A DNA stretch of 64,000 nt from Jiulongibacter sp. (GTDB lineage Bacteria > Bacteroidota > Bacteroidia > Cytophagales > Spirosomataceae). A program made the position numbers and the translations under genes. Positions 20,701 to 28,808 of the stretch are shown piece after piece (position 1 is the first letter of the stretch; every line of letters starts with the position of its first letter). The notes under the pieces were generated by a model, which saw only the letters and a list, made by a program, of their open reading frames with translations, did no database searches and was not told where the DNA came from. Location of the stretch: positions 102,161 through 166,160 of the forward strand of contig OZ252236.1 in NCBI GenBank assembly GCA_965249455.1. The letters run 5' to 3'.

Positions 20701-20935
20701 CATCACACATATTTCGGATATAAAGGTTATGCTCCGGATACCTCATATGCAGCTCGGTCTCAAAATAACCGTAGTTCATCATTCGGGAACAAAGGTTATT
20801 TCCAATGAGACTAATATGAGCCCCTTTAGAGACACTTAAATAGTTCTTATTTGTGGCAAAACGACTAAGCACCAAAATGGCACAAACCGCCAGCACTAAA
20901 GACCAGACGGTTCTATAGCGTAATTTAGAAGACAT
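17771..20935 (-). CDS. giant PVC-type c-type cytochrome dehydrogenase: SGNH/GDSL-hydrolase-like N-domain, beta-propeller dehydrogenase domain, HEAT repeats and CxxCH heme domain
   Basis: It is 1054 aa with an N-terminal signal anchor. It contains a GDSL-like region, a propeller (DSKGRLWVAVMPTYPHYRPGD...), HEAT repeats, and a C-terminal GYCSTCHQPDGKG heme site. Confidence 0.7.
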   Translation of the reverse strand: MSSKLRYRTVWSLVLAVCAILVLSRFATNKNYLSVSKGAHISLIGNNLCSRMMNYGYFETELHMRYPEHNLYIRNMCDGGDTPGFRPHSGRDSPWAFPGAEMFQTDLAQNSGSKGHFETPDQWLAKNKTDIIIACFGFSESYEGEAGVENFKGELSAFIEHTRAQQYNETSAPQLALVSPIAFQDLSSKYDLPDGKKENENLKLYAKAIEEIAGKYDVLFVDAFNPSKEWFEKGKEYTIDGLQLNDDGYKQFSTLLADGVFGKKMFVNSSLKDKVKAAVLEKNWMWHNDYKIPNGVHVFGRRYRPFGNENYPEELVKVHQMTANRDTLIWKTLQGESYDLALADSKTKKLSPIETNFKLTDKVEYLYGDKAMSKFHMAPGYKIELFASEEDFPELANPSQISFDSKGRLWVAVMPTYPHYRPGDPKPNDKIIILEDTDGDYKADKSTVFADNLHIPAGFEFATEGVYISQGTNLKLYTDTDGDDHADKVEIILSGFDDHDTHHVISAFCADPSGAIYMGEGVFLHTNVETPYGTVRATNGGFYRYSPQRKKLERTAQLPIPNPWGIAFDQWGQNFFAHTSGPNVEWMMPGTIKSKYGLSNPGSKDLIEEKHRVRPTSGLEFVHSRHFPEEVQGDMMINNTIGFLGTKMHQVIDDGTGYKTKHRLDLVTSDDPNFRPVDMEFAPDGSLYLVDWHNVLVGHMQHNARDPLRDHVHGRIYRITYPSRPLVKPAKVDGASITELLDNLKLPEYRTRYRSRRELRARDKEEVMTALNKWTASLDKKHPDYERFVLEGLWVSWGMNAVSRELLEASLKAKNYKVRTAAVKVLRYSDHQISDQVALLKKAAKDGNSRVRFEAMVAASWLDNETAKEVLTLVAQKPLDDWMQKPYEAILSHMVPYKPEKGESVPLPAMLSKEEQQSYLKGREIYEREGYCSTCHQPDGKGLESSGFPPLSGNEWVQGSEERLIKITLNGLYGPIDVAGKSYPGQVPMTPFGGMLNDEEIASVLTYIRNSFGNLAKAVSPEKVKQVRQDTKDKKDFYIASELLKMHPHENDEK

Positions 20936-21042
20936 AATTTCTTTTATAGGGTTGTAATTATCAAGTTGACAAGAATATCTAAAAATATAAACTTATTCTC
21001 AATATCGTTGTACGAAAGTCCCACACTTGCACGAAAAGCTCT

Positions 21043-21083
21043 TTTTTGAGCAAATAGAGTACACTTTTTGAGACAAATAGTAC
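21043..21083. promoter_or_regulatory. tandem direct repeat TTTTTGAG(C)AAATAG(AG)TAC x2 in the divergent promoter region
   Basis: TTTTTGAGCAAATAGAGTAC (21043-21062) is immediately followed by TTTTTGAGACAAATAGTAC (21065-21083). The pair lies between the start of the 1054-aa dehydrogenase operon (20935, minus) and the GT2 start (21162, plus). Confidence 0.4.
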
Positions 21084-21161
21084 CATCAGAATCCTTCAAG
21101 GAATTCGGTTAAATGTCAGACTCCGGAATTTTATCATCCATCCATCATTTTTATCCGTAGA

Positions 21162-21893
21162 TTGAACCTAAAAAGTAAGCCCCATAACCTAGCCTCAAAC
21201 CCCACAGTTTTGATAAGTATAATTATCCCTACATACAATGAAGCTGCTACTATTCGACCTTGTTTGGAGAAGCTTAGTGGTGCGAATATTGAGGTAATCC
21301 TTTCTGATTCACCTCATTCTACGGACAATTTGCAGTCGGTAGTTGAGGAGTTTGGTTTCACTTATAATCAATCAGATAAAGCGGGCAGGAATCATCAGAT
21401 GAATGCCGGAGCAAAACTTGCCAAAGGAAGCATCCTGTATTTTGTTCATGCTGATACGCTGATACATGAGGATTTTGAACAAGATATTCTTCAGGAAATA
21501 AGTAAAGGAACCGACCTGGGATGCTATCGATATAAGTTTGACAAATACCATCATCCTTTGATGCATATCAATTCATTTTTTACGCGTTTCCCAATGATAT
21601 GGTGCAGAGGCGGAGATCAAACTCTTTTTATCAAGAAACGGGTTTTCGAGGAATTAGGTGGCTTTTGTGCTGAGCACCTGATTATGGAGGATTATGATAT
21701 CCTCATCAGAAGTAAGGGAAAATACACCTTCTCAATTGTCCCGAAAAACGTGATTGTCTCTTCAAGAAAATATGAAAAGAACAGTTATTGGGGCGTTTTG
21801 CGAGCAAACTATATTGTAATGAATAAGTGGCTCAAGAAAAAAGCGAGTCCCGAAGAACTACAAAACACTTATAAAGAACTCTTAAACAACTAA
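21162..21893 (+). CDS. family 2 glycosyltransferase of the arsenosugar-biosynthesis-associated type (TIGR04283-like)
   Basis: It has IIIPTYNEAATI (DXD-type GT-A N-terminus) and forms a conserved trio with the next two genes. Confidence 0.65.
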   Translation: MNLKSKPHNLASNPTVLISIIIPTYNEAATIRPCLEKLSGANIEVILSDSPHSTDNLQSVVEEFGFTYNQSDKAGRNHQMNAGAKLAKGSILYFVHADTLIHEDFEQDILQEISKGTDLGCYRYKFDKYHHPLMHINSFFTRFPMIWCRGGDQTLFIKKRVFEELGGFCAEHLIMEDYDILIRSKGKYTFSIVPKNVIVSSRKYEKNSYWGVLRANYIVMNKWLKKKASPEELQNTYKELLNN

Positions 21894-21896
21894 ATT

Positions 21897-22229
21897 ATGG
21901 AACAGTATTATGATCCTAAGGATCTGAAGAAATTTGGAAACATCAGTGAATATGGAAAAGAACTAAGCGATAAGTTTTTTGCTTACTATGGCGAAGTTTT
22001 CAAAGAAGGGGCTTTAACAGCCCGAGAAAAAGGCTTGATAGCCCTGGCCGTAGCTCATGCCATTCAATGCCCTTATTGCATAGATGCATACACTACAGAC
22101 TCTATAGAAAAAGGTTGCTCTGAGGAAGAATTGATGGAAGCCGTGCATGTAGCTGCCGCGATCAGAGGAGGAGCCTCTCTTGTCCATGGGGTTCAGATGA
22201 TGAATAAATCTAAAGAGCTGCTAATGTAA
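21897..22229 (+). CDS. AhpD-like/carboxymuconolactone decarboxylase family 'arsenosugar biosynthesis-associated peroxidase-like' protein
   Basis: It is 110 aa with a CPYC redox motif (AHAIQCPYCIDAY). Its stop overlaps the next start (TAATG). Confidence 0.65.
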   Translation: MEQYYDPKDLKKFGNISEYGKELSDKFFAYYGEVFKEGALTAREKGLIALAVAHAIQCPYCIDAYTTDSIEKGCSEEELMEAVHVAAAIRGGASLVHGVQMMNKSKELLM

Positions 22230-23296
22230 TGGTTAAAAATCCTGTAAAATCTTTAAAAGCCCAGAAACACGAGTTGGGCGATACCGCTTTTCAGCTCAAA
22301 GTTCTCAACGATACCGACTGCCTTGGTTTCTCAATGCCAAAGTTTAAGGAAAAGCTTGAAGAGAGTGATCTCTTCCCTCTAAAACCTACTTCACTGGAGG
22401 TATTGCAGATTAATATGGGCAAAATGTGCAATCAGGTATGTAATCATTGTCATGTTGATGCGGGGCCAGACCGTAAAGAAATTATGACCCGAGAGACCAT
22501 GCTGCTTTGTCTGGATGTGATCAAAAAAAATAATTTCACCACTGTAGACCTTACAGGCGGTGCACCGGAAATGAACCCTGATTTCAGATGGTTTATTGAA
22601 GAAATCAGAGCCATTTCTCTGGATATCAAAATAATAGTACGCTGCAATCTGACCATAATCAGAGCCAATCCGAAATATTACGATTTACCACACTTCTATA
22701 AAATTCATCGATTAGATGTGGTAAGCTCTTTACCTGCATACACAGAATCCAGAACAGACGCTCAGCGTGGAAATGGCGTTTTCAAAGACTCTATTAAGGC
22801 ATTGCAAATGCTCAATGAAGTAGGCTACGGAATAGAAGGAACGGGCCTAACGCTTGATTTGGTCTATAACCCTTCAGGGGCGTTTTTACCGAGCGGACAG
22901 TCCGGGCTGGAAATGAACTTTAAACGTAAACTCAAAGCTGATTTTGATATAGAATTTAATCATATTTTTGCTATTACTAATATACCCATCAGCCGGTATT
23001 TAGACTACCTTATTGTATCCGGAAATTACGGAGCATATATGGAGAAACTGGTGAATGCCTATAACCCTGCTGCCGCTAAAAATGTGATGTGTCGAAACAC
23101 TCTTTCCATTGGCTGGGATGGTTACATTTTTGATTGTGATTTTAATCAAATGTTGGATTTAAAAGTGGCTTGTTCTTCTAAACATCTGAAAGACTTTAAC
23201 TCTGAAGAATTAATTAACAGATCTGTCATTGTGAACCAGCATTGTTATGGCTGCACCGCTGGTGCGGGAAGTAGCTGCGGGGGTGAGGTGGCTTGA
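22229..23296 (+). CDS. arsS: radical SAM protein with Cys-rich C-terminal tail (ArsS-type, arsenosugar biosynthesis radical SAM protein)
   Basis: It has the CNQVCNHCH radical-SAM CX3CX2C cluster and a C-terminal CYGCTAGAGSSCGG motif, at 355 aa. Confidence 0.7.
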   Translation: MVKNPVKSLKAQKHELGDTAFQLKVLNDTDCLGFSMPKFKEKLEESDLFPLKPTSLEVLQINMGKMCNQVCNHCHVDAGPDRKEIMTRETMLLCLDVIKKNNFTTVDLTGGAPEMNPDFRWFIEEIRAISLDIKIIVRCNLTIIRANPKYYDLPHFYKIHRLDVVSSLPAYTESRTDAQRGNGVFKDSIKALQMLNEVGYGIEGTGLTLDLVYNPSGAFLPSGQSGLEMNFKRKLKADFDIEFNHIFAITNIPISRYLDYLIVSGNYGAYMEKLVNAYNPAAAKNVMCRNTLSIGWDGYIFDCDFNQMLDLKVACSSKHLKDFNSEELINRSVIVNQHCYGCTAGAGSSCGGEVA

Positions 23297-23341
23297 TATT
23301 ACAATCAGCTTAAAGCCAGCACATTGCGGTGATGAAATAGC

Positions 23342-23380
23342 AACCCCTGACACAGATCAGGGGTTATTTTCATCTTTTTT
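23342..23380 (+). terminator. rho-independent terminator after arsS
   Basis: The hairpin AACCCCTGA-cacaga-TCAGGGGTT is followed by ATTTTCATCTTTTTT. Confidence 0.6.
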
Positions 23381-23414
23381 AGATACAAATCAGGGGTTAT
23401 TTTTTCAAAATACG

Positions 23415-23528
23415 ACACAAATCAGGGCTTATATGATAAGAAAAAATCCTATCACCTCTCTTCAATCCTCAAAACCCGCTCTGCGAAGGCTCTGCCTTCG
23501 TTTTTGCGAATTACGGCCTCTGGCCGAT
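23415..23528. repeat. about 115-nt intergenic repeat element, copy A
   Basis: It reads ACACAAATCAGGGCTTAT...CCGCTCTGCGAAGGCTCTGCCTTCG...GGCCTCTGGCCGAT and is about 80% identical to copy B over its full length. Confidence 0.7.
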
Positions 23529-23714
23529 GCTAGGAGAAAATCGACTATTTTTTTGAACTTACAAATGGTTTCAAAAGAGCCAAAAATCTGTTACTCAAAC
23601 CAGAGTTTTGAGATCACCCGAAGCTATAAGCTTTGGAGAGCGGGGTGGTGAGGTGGCGTAGAGACTATATAATTCTATTATGCCCTCTTTAAGTAAATTG
23701 GCGGGAGATATTCA

Positions 23715-23829
23715 ACACAGATCAGGGGTTATTTGATAGAAAAAATTCTATTACCTCACTTCAGTCCACAAAACCAAGTCGCCGCGAAGTCTCCGCCTTT
23801 GCTGAATTGAATATAGGCCTCTGGCCGAT
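23715..23829. repeat. about 115-nt intergenic repeat element, copy B
   Basis: It reads ACACAGATCAGGGGTTATTTGATAGAAAAAAT...GCGAAGTCTCCGCCTTTGC...GGCCTCTGGCCGAT. Confidence 0.7.
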
Positions 23830-24346
23830 ATTTTATACATTTTTAAGTTTGATTATGCCATACTCAAACAAGCGTTTTGAAATCACTTTGGCCATACTGC
23901 CGCACCGCTGAAACTTGTCTGTATAATTGTTATTTCGGGGAGCAAGAGAAACCAACATGCAGCGAATAATTGCGATATTTGATGCAGAAATTGCAACGAT
24001 TATTTTCAAGTTGCTTTATCCAACTTTTTAAATCACACAAATTAATCTACAGTTTTAGTAGAATAGGTCTTATTGGTTATCTCGATGGAGGCTTTTGTCC
24101 TTCTATTCAAGTTTAGTAATGATTGATTGCTTTTTTGCCTTGATCACGCCTTAACCAGTTCTCTATAATTGACTACAATCTGAGTTATAAAAACCCTTAT
24201 TTCACTTTAAGGAATGTATCCTGAGATATAAATTATCATATTGTACTTTTAGTGAATAAAATGAAATATAAAACTCCTAATCTGGAATTTAGATCAGAGG
24301 TTGTTTTTTGGTATTTAACTCAAATCACAGTTTACTCGCTCTGCGA

Positions 24347-24373
24347 GGGTCAGGCGTTCTGACATTAATTCCG
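24347..24373. repeat. partial copy C of the same repeat family
   Basis: TCGCTCTGCGAGGGTCAGGCGTTCTGAC matches the CGCTCTGCGAAGGC core. Confidence 0.5.
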
Positions 24374-24544
24374 TTTAGAAATGGTAAAAAATAACAAACT
24401 GCAAAAAGCTAACTTGACTATTAGAAAATTTAGATAGTTTTAATAAAAATAGATGAAACACAGCTTACTAAATAGTCACTGACCACATGGAATTGGCTAC
24501 TGCATGGCTGAGCTTCTTCTTCACCAACATTATAGTTAAGCAAA

Positions 24545-25045
24545 ATGATAATTCGAATGACGAATCTCCTCTTTGTATTATACCTCTTCGGCTGCGGAGA
24601 AATCTCTTCAACTGACCTTAAAACTGAGTCAACCAACCAAGTTGAACAAACCCAGCCTTCAGACGACTTAGTAACAGGTTGGTACTACTTGACAGATGAA
24701 GAAAATGGAATTAAAAAAAACTTGTATGGTTCAGACGAAATGTATTTTATTAGCCCAATACCAATTGTTACAATTGACAATTTTACTGACCTTGAAATTT
24801 ATCAAAGTGACTTTGGTGACTATGGCTTGACAATTCGACTTGACGAAAAAGGAAGAAAAGAATGGAGTGAAGCAACAGGAAAATCGACAGGCCAGAAATT
24901 AGCCCTGATAATCAATAACGAACTCTACTTTACGCCAATTGTGAATTCCCAAATTGACTTTGGAATAACAGCTCTAAATCGTGGTGACTTGACAGAAGAT
25001 GAATTGAAAGAGATTAAAATGAAAATAGAACAAGAAAAGAAATGA
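24545..25045 (+). CDS. hypothetical lipoprotein
   Basis: It has a lipobox (LFGCG) after a hydrophobic N-terminus. It sits in low-GC, repeat-flanked DNA and has no recognisable domain. Confidence 0.5.
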   Translation: MIIRMTNLLFVLYLFGCGEISSTDLKTESTNQVEQTQPSDDLVTGWYYLTDEENGIKKNLYGSDEMYFISPIPIVTIDNFTDLEIYQSDFGDYGLTIRLDEKGRKEWSEATGKSTGQKLALIINNELYFTPIVNSQIDFGITALNRGDLTEDELKEIKMKIEQEKK

Positions 25046-25158
25046 AAAAACCCTCTTGACCATTAAAAATAAAATATATTGAATTGACTTAGTGAAAACT
25101 TGCAAGTTGATTGCAATTACAGTCCTACTTGCAAAATACTAGACTTAGCTTCGATAGA

Positions 25159-25749
25159 ATGAGCTCCGAGAAGATTGAAAAATATATAAAAAAGGCATTT
25201 CCAGAGCACTGGTTTGATTATGCACGCGAATTAAAGGACGCCTCAATGGAATTATGGCAAAGTCATAAAAATGTATATATCGCATATTCGACTTATGAAG
25301 AGGGAGATTTTTTTCGAAAACTATATTCGAGGACTTATTTTCTTTTAATGGGGTTAGCAATAGAGAATTTGCTTAAAGGTATATTAATTTCAGAAAATCC
25401 AGAATATATTCTAGATGGTAAAATAGATAAGGAAATTTCAAGTGGGCACAACTTAGAGGCTTTATTAAAAAAGGTAGGGTCAATAAATTTCATGGATAGA
25501 GAAATTGAAATTTGCAGAACCCTAAGTCAAGTAATTCCCTATTGGGGGAAATATCCAATCCCAAAAAACTTCAGTATGCTTAAAAATGAATTATTTATGA
25601 CAGAAGAATGGTTTGAAGAATTATTGAAACTGTATACAAAACTGGAATTTAAATTATGCGAATTAAACATCAATGGAATTAAAGGCCCAAACAACATAGA
25701 TTTCCCAAGACTTTTTGTTGAAGGAGTATCTGACAAAGTAAAAATTTAA
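25159..25749 (+). CDS. hypothetical protein (orphan, low GC)
   Basis: The ORF runs 25111-25749 and I chose the internal ATG at 25159. I recognise no family. Confidence 0.4.
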   Translation: MSSEKIEKYIKKAFPEHWFDYARELKDASMELWQSHKNVYIAYSTYEEGDFFRKLYSRTYFLLMGLAIENLLKGILISENPEYILDGKIDKEISSGHNLEALLKKVGSINFMDREIEICRTLSQVIPYWGKYPIPKNFSMLKNELFMTEEWFEELLKLYTKLEFKLCELNINGIKGPNNIDFPRLFVEGVSDKVKI

Positions 25750-25845
25750 CTAACACGGAATGTAAAATAGGCCATACAGCTACCTACAAACTTTAAGAAA
25801 TATTCAAAAAGCTGATTTGGCTTCTAAAGCGAAACATCATAAGAC

Positions 25846-25903
25846 TCTCGCTCTGCAAAGGCTAAGCCCATTGTTTTTGTCATAAGCGGCCTCTGGCCAA
25901 TAT
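25846..25903. repeat. partial copy D of the same repeat family
   Basis: CTCGCTCTGCAAAGGCTAAGCC...TTGTTTTTGTCATAAGCGGCCTCTGGCCAATATTT aligns with the 3' half of copy A. Confidence 0.6.
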
Positions 25904-26057
25904 TTGACTCAAAAAGTTAATCTTAAATTCTTGAATCTAAAATAACAACCTCTCAAACCAAGAAATTAGAATTCTTTCACTGAAACAAGATTCCAAATAG
26001 TGCAGGCTTTTGACCGGCTCATTGAATTATCTGCAATTCGAATATTGAATTTCTATC

Positions 26058-26825
26058 TCAATATTTCAAAGAGTAAGTAAGAATTGCAGAACCTATTGTT
26101 CCGTTTCTATCTATTAAAACTTCTGATACTCTGCCGTGTTCATCAAAGGTGTAACTGAAGCTAAGTGTTGTAGTCTCTCCCTGTTCTTCAAAAGTGGCCG
26201 TTTTAATCAGGTGGCTACTGTAATGCCCTAGGAAAGAATCTCTGAAGGTCCAATGAACAGCTGAAGGACTAAGCACCTCTTGTCTTATGTTATTTTCATA
26301 ATCAGTATAAGTGTAGGTCGCTTTTGTGCCAAGAGTTTCAACCATAGATTGTAGATCGCCCTCAGGGCTATAACTGAAAGTCCTTGTTGTATTTGCATAC
26401 ATGAAAACCAGAAAATCATTTTTGTAATAATAGCCAGCCGTACGGTTATCAGATATTGCCAGTCCGTTTTTATCTAACTGATAAATTAATGGTTCTGTGG
26501 AAGCATTCACTATCAGTTTATTCCCATTGTATTCGTAGTCATAAAGGTTCATTTCAGCTACGGTTACATTCTTTATTTTACCATCCTGAGAATAGCTCAA
26601 TTTAATGGGAATATTTGAGGAGCCTTCAGCATCCTTAAATTCTAGTTTCAGGTCGATATGGCTTATGGCCAATTGCTCAGTACCTGACGACTTAATTTCC
26701 GGCAGTTCACTGAGTTGTTCTTCAATTGATTTTCCCTGTGGGAACACTTCGTTTTCAGGGGTATCATCTTTACAAGAAAGGAAAGAAGTGGTTAATAAAA
26801 CCAAGAGATAGATGTTCGTTTTCAT
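26058..26825 (-). CDS. hypothetical lipoprotein
   Basis: It has a signal peptide with a lipobox (SFLSCKDD). I chose the start at MKTNIYLL. Confidence 0.5.
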   Translation of the reverse strand: MKTNIYLLVLLTTSFLSCKDDTPENEVFPQGKSIEEQLSELPEIKSSGTEQLAISHIDLKLEFKDAEGSSNIPIKLSYSQDGKIKNVTVAEMNLYDYEYNGNKLIVNASTEPLIYQLDKNGLAISDNRTAGYYYKNDFLVFMYANTTRTFSYSPEGDLQSMVETLGTKATYTYTDYENNIRQEVLSPSAVHWTFRDSFLGHYSSHLIKTATFEEQGETTTLSFSYTFDEHGRVSEVLIDRNGTIGSAILTYSLKY

Positions 26826-26891
26826 AGGGCTAATTGTGTTTGTATGAATCGTAACGATAACTGTCAAAGCTTATTACTCTAAAGAAACCAT

Positions 26892-28655
26892 TTAATTCTG
26901 CAACCTTTCCATTTCCACATAAAAGGGGAAAATGCGTTTCCCGGCCGAAACATAAAACGGAATAAGGTCACAAGTACCCTGAGAGAGTTTAATACTATTC
27001 ATCTCGACCCTCTCCAGATTTTCTCCCTCGAATACCTTCTTAAACACTTTTGAACCCACTTCTAAATACATTGTTCCGGAGCTTACAGGCTTGATAAATT
27101 TGAAGACTGCCTTATATTTCCCCTCATTTACGGAGACTCTCCATTTGCCATAGACCTCCTCCTGAGCCCAAATTCCCCTTTCTCCTCCGGCATCATTTCT
27201 GTTTAATATTATTGGATTTTCCTGCTCAGCTCCCACAACTATTGGTGGTTGATTCACTAAATGTACAGAGCTTATTAAACTATGATATTGTTTGTCGAAC
27301 TCTTTTTTAAGAGTTCTGGCTACCTCTTTCTGCTCTACATTAAGATTGACTTCCTCTCCGGGATCTGAGTTAATATTATATAATTCGAAGTCTGTCATTT
27401 CTGCATCAAAATCTGTCATACCAACTAACCGGTAATCACCCATTTGTAAAGCAACGTTATTATATAACTCCGGGTACCGTCTGGCCCATGAAAAGAACAA
27501 GGGTCTGTCTGCCCAGCTTACTTCTTTTCCTTCCAATAAGGGTAGTAAGCTGTGCCCATCTAATTCACGATCCTTAGGCAATTCTAAATTACATATTGCT
27601 GCCAGCGTGGGAAGTATGTCCATATGGGTGGCTGTTACATTAATGCTTTTTGCTTCGGGGTATTTCTGAGGATACCTTAGCATCATTGGCACACGAACGC
27701 CTCCTCGGTACACCATCGTCTTACGCCCCCGCATACCTCCGGTAAATCTTTTTTGTTGCGGCCCATTATCAGTCATAAAAATAAGGATCGTATTCTCAGC
27801 AATTCCCAGTTCCTCAAGTTGAGTCAAAAGCTTTCCGATATTATCATCAATATTGCTGACCATTCCATAGACCTTTCGGGCATCTTCCTTATCCCTTTCT
27901 GTCATTTCAGGCAGATTGTCTACATCTTTAAAACCTTCAGACGGATCAATATCTTTATACATATCGTAATACTTCTGAGGCAATTGTAAAGGCGTATGTG
28001 GAGCATTGAAAGCCAGATAACAAAAGAAAGGATTCGCCTTGTTTTGCTTAATAAAATTCATGGCTTCCGTTACGAATATATCTGAGCAATATCCTTCAAA
28101 GGCTTTCTGTTTTCCATTTTGCCATAATATAGGGTTGAAATAGCTACTGTCTCCTTTAAAATATGTAGTTATGTCTCCTACCTGACCCATCCCGCCGGAG
28201 AGATGTATTAAGGATTCATCAAAACCCTGATCCATAGGTCGGGAAGGATAATTATCGCCCAAATGCCATTTGCCAAAAATCCCTGTGGTGTAATTAGCCT
28301 TTTTCAGAAATTCGGCAATCGTTACTTCATCTGTATGCATGATAGCTCCGCCGTTATAGGTATCTCTAATTCCGGTCCTAAGCGACTGCCTCCCAGTCAT
28401 TAAACTGGCACGTGTAGGGGCACAAACAGGTGATACGTAAAAGCTATTGAATAGAATACTGTTTGCCGCCAATTCATCAAGTACAGGTGTTTTCACATGC
28501 CGATTTCCTGTAAATCCAAAATCACCATAACCCTGGTCATCTGTCATGATGAGGATGATATTGGGCTTGTCTGGAGTTTCAGATTTCTCTGGTTTTGAAC
28601 AGGCTAAAAAAACAGAACATACAGACAGACTAAGCAGCAGAGAGAATTTTTCCAT
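26892..28655 (-). CDS. sulfatase (formylglycine-dependent arylsulfatase family), lipoprotein
   Basis: It has the PVCAPTRASLMTGR CxPxR formylglycine motif, a signal peptide with a lipobox (FLACS), and 587 aa. Confidence 0.85.
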   Translation of the reverse strand: MEKFSLLLSLSVCSVFLACSKPEKSETPDKPNIILIMTDDQGYGDFGFTGNRHVKTPVLDELAANSILFNSFYVSPVCAPTRASLMTGRQSLRTGIRDTYNGGAIMHTDEVTIAEFLKKANYTTGIFGKWHLGDNYPSRPMDQGFDESLIHLSGGMGQVGDITTYFKGDSSYFNPILWQNGKQKAFEGYCSDIFVTEAMNFIKQNKANPFFCYLAFNAPHTPLQLPQKYYDMYKDIDPSEGFKDVDNLPEMTERDKEDARKVYGMVSNIDDNIGKLLTQLEELGIAENTILIFMTDNGPQQKRFTGGMRGRKTMVYRGGVRVPMMLRYPQKYPEAKSINVTATHMDILPTLAAICNLELPKDRELDGHSLLPLLEGKEVSWADRPLFFSWARRYPELYNNVALQMGDYRLVGMTDFDAEMTDFELYNINSDPGEEVNLNVEQKEVARTLKKEFDKQYHSLISSVHLVNQPPIVVGAEQENPIILNRNDAGGERGIWAQEEVYGKWRVSVNEGKYKAVFKFIKPVSSGTMYLEVGSKVFKKVFEGENLERVEMNSIKLSQGTCDLIPFYVSAGKRIFPFYVEMERLQN

Positions 28656-28808
28656 AAAAGGCTTCGATAGGGTGTTTCAGACCGAATTTACGGAATAATT
28701 GAGATATCGGTAATATCGCTCCAGATATTCCAGATCTTTATGAAAGGGCTTTATACAACAGCTTAAAAAAGAAGAAACGAGCTATCAGTATACTAATAGC
28801 TCGTTTCT

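Noticed and set aside
23247-23651. 134-aa ORF (+) overlapping the arsS C-terminus and running through the terminator and repeat copies.
   Set aside because: It is an alternative frame of arsS that continues into clearly non-coding repeat and terminator DNA, so I regard it as spurious.
25159-25749. HEPN-type (Rx4-6H) toxin domain in the orphan protein.
   Set aside because: There is a GHNLEALL segment, but no arginine at the required spacing. The motif is not satisfied.
23300-26050. I considered a CRISPR array or integron attC sites for the repeat region.
   Set aside because: The repeats are about 115 nt, imperfect (about 80% identical) and irregularly spaced, with no cas or integrase genes. 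They are not CRISPR- or attC-like.
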